Assembly (NCBI GenBank): GCA_046757385.1
Contig: JBHHYD010000001.1
Coordinates: 1 to 29,583, forward strand
Direction: 5' to 3'
Source of the DNA: Minisyncoccia bacterium
Lineage (GTDB): Bacteria; Patescibacteriota; Minisyncoccia; Phycocordibacterales; UBA2163
Length of the DNA: 29,583 nucleotides
Part shown: positions 23,158-29,583 of the stretch, in pieces
How positions within the stretch are numbered: the stretch's first letter is position 1
Layout of the letters: each line of letters begins with the position of its first letter
Position numbers and translations under genes: made by a program
Notes under the pieces: model-generated
Seen by the model: only the letters and a program-made list of their open reading frames with translations
Told to the model about the DNA's origin: nothing
The model's database searches: none

Positions 23158-25410
23158 ATGTACTTAAAATCTTTAGAACTCTCTGGCTTCAAATCCTTTG
23201 CGAAAAAGGGTGTTTTTGATTTTACGTCTGACATTTCCGGAATCGTGGGCCCCAACGGCTCTGGTAAGTCAAATGTTGCCGAGGCTTTTCGTTTTGCTTT
23301 AGGTGAGCAGTCTATTAAGTCTTTGAGAGGAAAAAAGGGGGAAGATCTTATTTTCAATGGCTCAAAGGAAGTCGCCAGGGCAAACAGAGCCTCTGTTAAA
23401 GTCACTTTTGATAATACGAAAAGATTTTTGGATATTGATTTTGACGAAGTTGTCGTCGAGCGTTCTGTTCATCGCGACGGCATCAACCAGTATTTTATAA
23501 ACGGCTCACAAGTCCGCCTTCGTGATATTGCAGAACTTCTGGCAAGCGCAAACATCGGCTCATCGGGGCATCATATTATTTCTCAAGGCGAGGCAGACAG
23601 AATTCTGAATGCAAATATAAAAGAGCGGAAAGAAATGATAGAAGACGCATTGGGGCTTAAAGTGTTTCAATACAAAAAGCAGGAAAGTGCGAGGAAGCTT
23701 GAGAAGACTGAAGAAAATATCGCCCAAGTTGAATCTTTGAGGAAAGAGATAGCTCCTCACATCAGATTTCTCAAAAGACAAGTTGAAAAAGTAGAGAAGT
23801 CGATAGCTATGCGAGAAGAGCTCAAAGGTCTCTCTTTAGAATATTTAAAAAGAGAATCTGAATATATAGCTTTTAATAATAAAAAAATAACAGAAGACAA
23901 AAAGGCCCCGCAGGAAGAGCTTGATGTTCTTGAAAGCAAGCTTCAAAAAGCGAAAGAAATTTTGTCAAAGTCAAAAGAAGCCGATGAGAAAAGTGAAGAG
24001 TTGATCGCGATTGAGAAAGGCTTGGCCAGTATTCGCGAAGAGAAAGACGCTCTAATGCGCAAGCTCGGTCGCATTGAAGGGCAGATCGCAGGAGAAGAAA
24101 GAAGAATTGAAAAAGAAAAAGAAGAGCAAAAAGTACTTGAAAACCGTACGGTAAGTTACAGCGAACTTGATAAAGTTGCCCGGCAGGTGTATTCACAAAT
24201 TGATGATGCAGAAGGAAAGAACGATCCGAAAGAGGTAAGGAATATTCTTCGCACTGTTGGATCAATCATAAGAGACTTTATATCGACAACTTTCTCAAGA
24301 GAGAAGAATGCAGAAATAGATTATAGCGAGCTTGAAAAAATGAAGTCTGAAAAGACAGAGTTTGATGAAAAGCTTGTCAGTGTATCTTCAGATGAAACTT
24401 CATATAATAAAAAATATCAAGCTCTGAAAAAGCAGATCGAGACAGAGAAAGATGACGAGAGGGTTGCTGAAAGAGAAGTTTTCACTATTATGTCGCGCCA
24501 GAGTGAGCTTCGGGCAGCTTTAGAGAAAATTGAAAGCAAAGAAAGAGAGATCTCTCATGCAAAAGATGACTTTGAAAGAGAGCTTCAGGAAGTTGCTATG
24601 CTTGTAGGAAGGGCAGTTCTTGATTATGAGAATCACGATCTTGGTGGGAGTAAAGAAGAGATTGCAAATGAAGAGAGAAGTAAACAGGAAGAAAAGAGAC
24701 GAAAAATAGAGAAAATAAAAATTCGGCTTGAAGAATTTGGCGGCGGTTCAGGTGAGGAAACAATGAAAGAGTATAAAGAGGCTACACAGCGAGATGAATT
24801 CTTAGAAAGAGAAATTAGAGACTTAGAGAAATCTGCAGAAGCTCTTAAAGATTTGATAAAAGATTTGGAGGAAAAATTAAGTACTCAGTTTAAAAGCGGG
24901 ATAGAGAAAATAAATAAAGAATTTCAAAACTTCTTTTCGCTTATGTTCGGCGGTGGGGAAGCGAGTCTGTCTGTGATAAAAGAAAAGAAGAGAAAGAAGC
25001 AAGACACAGATATTTCTGATATAGAAGGAGAGCTTGAGATGGAAGAGGAAGGAGAAGAAGGGATAGACATCGCTGTAAGCTTGCCTCACAAGAGGATCAA
25101 GGGGCTTGTAATGCTCTCAGGAGGAGAGCGGGCACTGACTTCTATTGCGCTTTTGTTTGCGATGTCACAGGTAAACCCTCCGCCGTTTCTCGTGCTTGAT
25201 GAGACGGACGCTGCGCTTGATGAGGCGAACTCAAAGCGCTATGGTGACATGATAGAATCTCTCTCTAAGTTCTCACAGCTTATTTTGATAACTCATAATA
25301 GGGAGACTATGAGCAGAGCTGGCATACTCTATGGAGTTACAATGGGGGCAGATGGCATCTCCAAACTACTGTCTGTGAAGTTTGAAGAGGCAGTAGAGGT
25401 AGCGAAATAA
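23158..25410 (+). CDS. smc: Short SMC-family ATPase (750 aa, no recognisable hinge)
   Basis: GFKSF, Walker A GPNGSGKSN, Q-loop IISQG, LSGGE, LDETDAALDEAN, ITHN; rnc-smc synteny. Confidence 0.88.
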   Translation: MYLKSLELSGFKSFAKKGVFDFTSDISGIVGPNGSGKSNVAEAFRFALGEQSIKSLRGKKGEDLIFNGSKEVARANRASVKVTFDNTKRFLDIDFDEVVVERSVHRDGINQYFINGSQVRLRDIAELLASANIGSSGHHIISQGEADRILNANIKERKEMIEDALGLKVFQYKKQESARKLEKTEENIAQVESLRKEIAPHIRFLKRQVEKVEKSIAMREELKGLSLEYLKRESEYIAFNNKKITEDKKAPQEELDVLESKLQKAKEILSKSKEADEKSEELIAIEKGLASIREEKDALMRKLGRIEGQIAGEERRIEKEKEEQKVLENRTVSYSELDKVARQVYSQIDDAEGKNDPKEVRNILRTVGSIIRDFISTTFSREKNAEIDYSELEKMKSEKTEFDEKLVSVSSDETSYNKKYQALKKQIETEKDDERVAEREVFTIMSRQSELRAALEKIESKEREISHAKDDFERELQEVAMLVGRAVLDYENHDLGGSKEEIANEERSKQEEKRRKIEKIKIRLEEFGGGSGEETMKEYKEATQRDEFLEREIRDLEKSAEALKDLIKDLEEKLSTQFKSGIEKINKEFQNFFSLMFGGGEASLSVIKEKKRKKQDTDISDIEGELEMEEEGEEGIDIAVSLPHKRIKGLVMLSGGERALTSIALLFAMSQVNPPPFLVLDETDAALDEANSKRYGDMIESLSKFSQLILITHNRETMSRAGILYGVTMGADGISKLLSVKFEEAVEVAK

Positions 25411-25495
25411 TTGACAGTAGTTGATGAATTTGATATTAATTAGAGAGTTTAATTAATAAAGTTCCTTTTGACAATTATAGAGAGGAGAGGTCACT

Positions 25496-25708
25496 TTGGA
25501 ATCAACAAAAAAATCAATTAAAATATGTCCTAAGTGCCGTAAACGAATTATACCAGCTAGACACATGAATTGGAGAGAAGTAGGAAAAGATTTTATTGAA
25601 AAGCAAATTGAACCATTTTTAAAAGGTATACCTAGTGAAGAGAAAATGGAAGGATATTCTTTTGAAGAAGAAGTATGTACAGAATGCGTACAACAGGGGT
25701 CAGTTTAG
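25496..25708 (+). CDS. 70-aa hypothetical protein with two CxxC motifs (TTG start)
   Basis: GAGGAGAGG SD-like sequence before TTG25496; CPKC near the N-terminus, CTEC near the C-terminus; own terminator. Confidence 0.6.
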   Translation: MESTKKSIKICPKCRKRIIPARHMNWREVGKDFIEKQIEPFLKGIPSEEKMEGYSFEEEVCTECVQQGSV

Positions 25709-25721
25709 CCCCTGTTTTTTT
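25692..25721 (+). terminator. Intrinsic terminator
   Basis: AACAGGGG..CCCCTGTT stem followed by a T run, overlapping the stop at 25706-25708. Confidence 0.75.
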
Positions 25722-25747
25722 GTGTATTTTTAAGCTAATATATATAA

Positions 25748-26479
25748 ATGGAAAATCTAAAAAAAGGACACTTACATCCTATAACACAGATGATAAACGA
25801 GATAAACTCTATCTTTTTTGATATGGGGTTTGAAGTCGCAGATGGTCCTGAAATGGACAGCGAATACTATAATTTCGATGCTTTAAATATCCCGGAAAAT
25901 CACCCAGCACGCGATATGCAGGATACTTTTTGGGTAAAAGGTAAAGAGAAAACAGTGATGCGTACCCATACCTCTAATGCGCAGATTCGCTACATGGAGA
26001 ATAATAAACTGCCTATACGGATTATTGTTCCAGGTAAGGTGTTTAGAAATGAAGCAACAGATGCGACTCATGAAGCGCAGTTTTATCAGTTTGAAGGATT
26101 GATGATTGATGAAACTACATCTCTCGGGACTCTAAAAGGAGTTCTAAAAACTTTTCTTGAGAAATTCTTTAACAGAGATATAGAAATACGATTCAGGCCG
26201 AGCTATTTTCCGTTTGTGGAGCCGGGGATTGAAGTGGATATGTCATGCTTCAAATGCGAAGGTAAAGGATGCTCAATATGCAAGAACACCGGCTGGATAG
26301 AAGTACTCGGAGCAGGCATGGTTCATCCGAATGTACTAAAAGCCGGAGGGATAGATTCAGAAAAATATCAGGGCTTTGCGTTTGGTGTAGGGATAGACAG
26401 GCTCGGTATGCTCAAGTACGGAATCAACGATGTAAGGTTGTTTTATCAGGGCGACCTAAGATTTGTAAATCAGTTCTAA
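25748..26479 (+). CDS. pheS: Phenylalanine-tRNA ligase alpha subunit, N-terminally truncated (243 aa)
   Basis: GHLHP, NFDALNIPENHPARDMQDTF, RTHTS, DATHEAQFYQFEG, FRPSYFPFVEP, GAGMVHP, GFAFGVGIDRL. Confidence 0.96.
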   Translation: MENLKKGHLHPITQMINEINSIFFDMGFEVADGPEMDSEYYNFDALNIPENHPARDMQDTFWVKGKEKTVMRTHTSNAQIRYMENNKLPIRIIVPGKVFRNEATDATHEAQFYQFEGLMIDETTSLGTLKGVLKTFLEKFFNRDIEIRFRPSYFPFVEPGIEVDMSCFKCEGKGCSICKNTGWIEVLGAGMVHPNVLKAGGIDSEKYQGFAFGVGIDRLGMLKYGINDVRLFYQGDLRFVNQF

Positions 26480-26481
26480 TT

Positions 26482-27723
26482 ATGCAGGCAAGCTATAAAA
26501 AATTACAAGAATACTTTGATGAAAAACTACCAGAGCCGGGGAAGCTTGCAGAACTTTTGACATTTCACTCTTACGAAGTTGAAAACATTGCAGAAAAAGA
26601 TGGGGATTATATTTTTGATATTGATGTGCTTCCTAATAGGCAAGGGGATTCATCAGATGAAGCAGGCGTTGCTCGCGAAATCTCTGCAATTCTAGATATC
26701 TCACTTGGAAGCAAGGCACCCAAGTTGGGAGAGAGTGGTTTAAAAATAAGTGTTTCAGCGCATGAAATAAACAAGCTTCTTGGGTCTCAAATACCTTCTA
26801 AAGAGATTGGGAATATATTTGAACGATTAGGATTTAGGTTTGACCTAAATGGAGATGAATTCAATGTGGCGATTCCGTCTGAACGTGCAGATATAAAAGT
26901 AAAGGCGGAACTGATAGAAGAAGTCGGGAGAATTTATGGATATGAAAATATTGAAGCGGTGTTGCCGGATAAACCAGAGAAAGCGCCGAGAATAAATAAA
27001 AAGTTTTATTACATAAATAAAATTAAACAGTTTTTGATAAAAGAGGGATTCTCTGAAGTTTATACATACACTTTTAGAGACAGTGGGGAAGTGGAAATGA
27101 TAAAACCGTTTGCAGCTGACAAAAACTTTTTGCGGACAGACTTAAGAGGGGGACTTGAGAAAGCGCTTTATCAGAATATTAAAAATTTACCACTTCTTGA
27201 TTGTGATGAGATAAAGATATTTGAGATCGGCAATGTGTTTACTAAAAACGAAGAGCACACATCTTTAGGAGTAGTCGGTTCAATAGATCTTATAAATAAA
27301 TTATCAGAATTTCTTGGTGTTGAGATTAGTGAAAAACCAAAAGAAGGTATTTTTGAAGCAGATCTAGATGAAATTATTAATAAACTTCCTGAGCCTGCTG
27401 ATAAGTATGAGAAGTTTGAAAAGAAAGAAAATGTTGTGTTCAGTTCAATTTCTCAATATCCGTTTGTACTTCGAGATATTGCAGTCTGGGTGCCGAGTGA
27501 TGTGAAGAGCGACGAAGTATTAAATATAATTAAAAAAGAGGGAACAGAGCTTTTAGTAAACACAAAACTATTTGATGAATTCAAAAAAGACGATAAAGTC
27601 TCATTTGCTTTTAATTTAGTATTCCAATCACAAGAAAAAACACTCTCCGATGAGGAGATAAATAAGGTCATGGATAGTGTCACAAAAGCTCTTGAAAAGC
27701 AGGATAATTGGCAGGTCAGATAA
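26482..27723 (+). CDS. pheT: Phenylalanine-tRNA ligase beta subunit, minimal (413 aa)
   Basis: B1-like start (LAELLTFHSYEVE..DVLPNR..GVAREISAIL), B5 (IPSERADI...LIEEVGRIYGY), GFSEVYTY, FEIGNVF, C-terminal FDX-ACB (YPFVLRDIAVW..SFAFNLVFQSQEKTLSDEEI). Start ATG26482 follows the pheS stop. Confidence 0.92.
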   Translation: MQASYKKLQEYFDEKLPEPGKLAELLTFHSYEVENIAEKDGDYIFDIDVLPNRQGDSSDEAGVAREISAILDISLGSKAPKLGESGLKISVSAHEINKLLGSQIPSKEIGNIFERLGFRFDLNGDEFNVAIPSERADIKVKAELIEEVGRIYGYENIEAVLPDKPEKAPRINKKFYYINKIKQFLIKEGFSEVYTYTFRDSGEVEMIKPFAADKNFLRTDLRGGLEKALYQNIKNLPLLDCDEIKIFEIGNVFTKNEEHTSLGVVGSIDLINKLSEFLGVEISEKPKEGIFEADLDEIINKLPEPADKYEKFEKKENVVFSSISQYPFVLRDIAVWVPSDVKSDEVLNIIKKEGTELLVNTKLFDEFKKDDKVSFAFNLVFQSQEKTLSDEEINKVMDSVTKALEKQDNWQVR

Positions 27724-27738
27724 TATCCACAAAAACAT

Positions 27739-27767
27739 AAAAATCCCTTGAATTTTAAGGGATTTTT
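27739..27767 (+). terminator. Stem-loop after pheT, overlapping the gyrB promoter
   Basis: AAAAATCCCTT-GAATTTT-AAGGGATTTTT, 11-bp stem. Confidence 0.65.
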
Positions 27768-27776
27768 TGCTATAAT
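27748..27776 (+). promoter_or_regulatory. gyrB promoter
   Basis: TTGAAT-17 nt (ending TGC)-TATAAT. Confidence 0.75.
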
Positions 27777-27811
27777 TGCAGTATCAAAAGGGTATAAAAT
27801 CCCTTCATTTT

Positions 27812-29583
27812 ATGGCTAAAAAAGAGGCTAAAAAAGAAGCAAAACCGTCAGCAAAATGGCATCACTATAGTGCTCAGGATATTACTGTTCTGGAGGGCCT
27901 GGAGCCCGTCAGAAAGCGTCCTGGGATGTATATTGGTACAACTGGCGTAGAAGGCCTTCACCACCTAATTTGGGAGGTTTTTGACAATGCACGCGATGAG
28001 GCGATGGGCGGATTTGCGGATAATGTAGAAGTTGCTCTTTTGCCTGATAATCGTATTCGCGTGGTAGATAACGGCCGAGGTATTCCAGTTGATAAGCATA
28101 AGCAGACAAAAGTTTCCGCGCTTGAAACTATTATGACAACACTTCATGCCGGTGGTAAATTCGGAGGTGAAGGATACAAAGTTTCCGGCGGACTTCACGG
28201 AGTTGGTGTGTCTGTTGTAAATGCACTTTCAATTTATGCAAAAGCAGAAGTTCATCGTGACGGAGGCATCTACGTTCAGGAATATAAGCAGGGAAAGAAA
28301 AAAGCAAGTGTTAAAAAAGCAGGCACATCAAAACAAACAGGAACCGTCATAACTTTTGAAGCAGACCCGGAAGTCTTTAAAGAAATCAAATATGATTGGA
28401 ATAAAATAACTTCACATCTTCGTCAGCAGGCATACTTGGTAAAGGGTATGCGAATCACAGTTATTGATGCGAGAGAGGTAGAAGTAAAAATTGACGAAAG
28501 TAAATTCTATATGGCGGAGCAGCTGCAGGATGTTCCGACAATGTCATTTTATTTTGAAGGCGGACTCCTTTCACTTGTAAAATTTTACAATCAGCACCAA
28601 AAACCGATCCACAAAAATATTTTCTATGTAGAAAAGGAAGTTGACGGCGTAGATGTAGAAGTGTCACTTCAATATGTTGACGACATATCTGCACGGATAT
28701 CTGCTTTTGCAAACAATACTTACAATGCAGAAGGAGGAATGCATGTTACAGGTTTCAAAACTGCTCTCACTCGAACTATAAACAACTATGCACGCAAAAG
28801 TAATCTTATAAAAGGCGCGGAAGACAACTTCACGGGAGACGATGTACTTGAGGGGATTACGGCAGTTGTTTCTATAAAGATGCCGGAGATTCAGTTTGAA
28901 GGGCAGACGAAAGGAAAGCTTGGAAGCGTTGAAGCCAGAGGTGCCGTGGATGCTGTATTTACAGAGAGTTTCAGCGCCTTTTTGGAAGAACACCCAGATG
29001 ATGCTAAAGCAATGGTAGGAAAAGTTACTCTTGCACTTAAAGCAAGAAAGGCCGCAAAAGCCGCCAAAGACAGCGTGCTAAGAAAAGGTGCGCTTGAAGG
29101 TATGACACTTCCTGGCAAACTTGCTGACTGCCAGAGCAGAGACGCAAGTGAATCTGAGATATTTATAGTAGAGGGAGACTCTGCTGGCGGTTCAAGTAAA
29201 CAGGGGAGAGACAGGCGTACCCAAGCCATACTTCCGCTTCGCGGGAAGATCTTGAACGTTGAGCGTGCACGCTTAGACAGGATGCTTGCATCAGCGGAGA
29301 TCAAGGCGCTCGTGGTTGCACTTGGAACTGCGATCGGGGACGTGTTTGATATTTCAAAGATTCGCTATCATAAGACAATCATCGCAACTGATGCTGACGT
29401 TGATGGTGCGCACATCAGAACGCTTCTTCTTACACTTTTCTACAGGCACTTTAAGCCGGTGATAGAAGCAGGATACCTATACATTGCGCAGCCGCCTCTT
29501 TATAAAATAAAAAAAGGAAAAGAAGTTCTCTATGCATATACAGAAGATGAAAAAATAAAAATACTCGGCAAAGATGCCGGTTC
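27812..29583 (+). CDS. gyrB: DNA gyrase subunit B (partial, runs off the window; not in ORF track)
   Basis: YSAQDITVLEGLEPVRKRPGMYIG, EVFDNARDE, DNGRGIPV, LHAGGKFGG, SGGLHGVGVSVVNALS, FIVEGDSAGG, PLRGKILNV, TDADVDGAHI, YIAQPPLY. Confidence 0.96.
   Translation, partial: MAKKEAKKEAKPSAKWHHYSAQDITVLEGLEPVRKRPGMYIGTTGVEGLHHLIWEVFDNARDEAMGGFADNVEVALLPDNRIRVVDNGRGIPVDKHKQTKVSALETIMTTLHAGGKFGGEGYKVSGGLHGVGVSVVNALSIYAKAEVHRDGGIYVQEYKQGKKKASVKKAGTSKQTGTVITFEADPEVFKEIKYDWNKITSHLRQQAYLVKGMRITVIDAREVEVKIDESKFYMAEQLQDVPTMSFYFEGGLLSLVKFYNQHQKPIHKNIFYVEKEVDGVDVEVSLQYVDDISARISAFANNTYNAEGGMHVTGFKTALTRTINNYARKSNLIKGAEDNFTGDDVLEGITAVVSIKMPEIQFEGQTKGKLGSVEARGAVDAVFTESFSAFLEEHPDDAKAMVGKVTLALKARKAAKAAKDSVLRKGALEGMTLPGKLADCQSRDASESEIFIVEGDSAGGSSKQGRDRRTQAILPLRGKILNVERARLDRMLASAEIKALVVALGTAIGDVFDISKIRYHKTIIATDADVDGAHIRTLLLTLFYRHFKPVIEAGYLYIAQPPLYKIKKGKEVLYAYTEDEKIKILGKDAG

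Overview
AT-rich bacterial chromosome segment, most likely from a Patescibacteria (CPR, Parcubacteria-like) genome. This is inferred from the shortened PheS/PheT/SMC, the stand-alone PaaX/Cas2-like and PemK-like genes, and the many -10 boxes 6-7 nt before ATG. It uses genetic code 11 (TGA ends tal, nnrE and rnhB). Housekeeping blocks are ybhB-DUF167-raiA, priA/def/fmt (minus strand), murA-mreB, rnhB-rpmF-nusB(+Nudix)-rnc-smc, pheS-pheT and the start of gyrB. The centre (about 8.4-20.3 kb) is a redox/carbohydrate accessory block: flavoprotein disulfide reductase, arsR-dsbA-Cys-rich peptide, zwf-gnd-tal, PemK-like toxin, GH63-like hydrolase, nnrE, cyclase and DUF3179-tlpA-ccdA. No tRNA, rRNA, CRISPR array or transposase was seen. 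Best leads: (1) an orphan PemK/MazF toxin faced by a small RNA with its own promoter and terminator; (2) a wHTH+Cas2-like gene bracketed by two inverted 11-6-11 palindromic sites; (3) a 30-bp twin-hairpin element sitting in frame in three unrelated genes, plus other palindrome families inside ORFs; (4) a 47-aa metallothionein-like ORF, absent from the ORF track, behind an ArsR/SmtB repressor; (5) a candidate sRNA between priA and def; (6) a PheRS apparently lacking its editing domain. All product calls are by motif recognition; no database searches were run.
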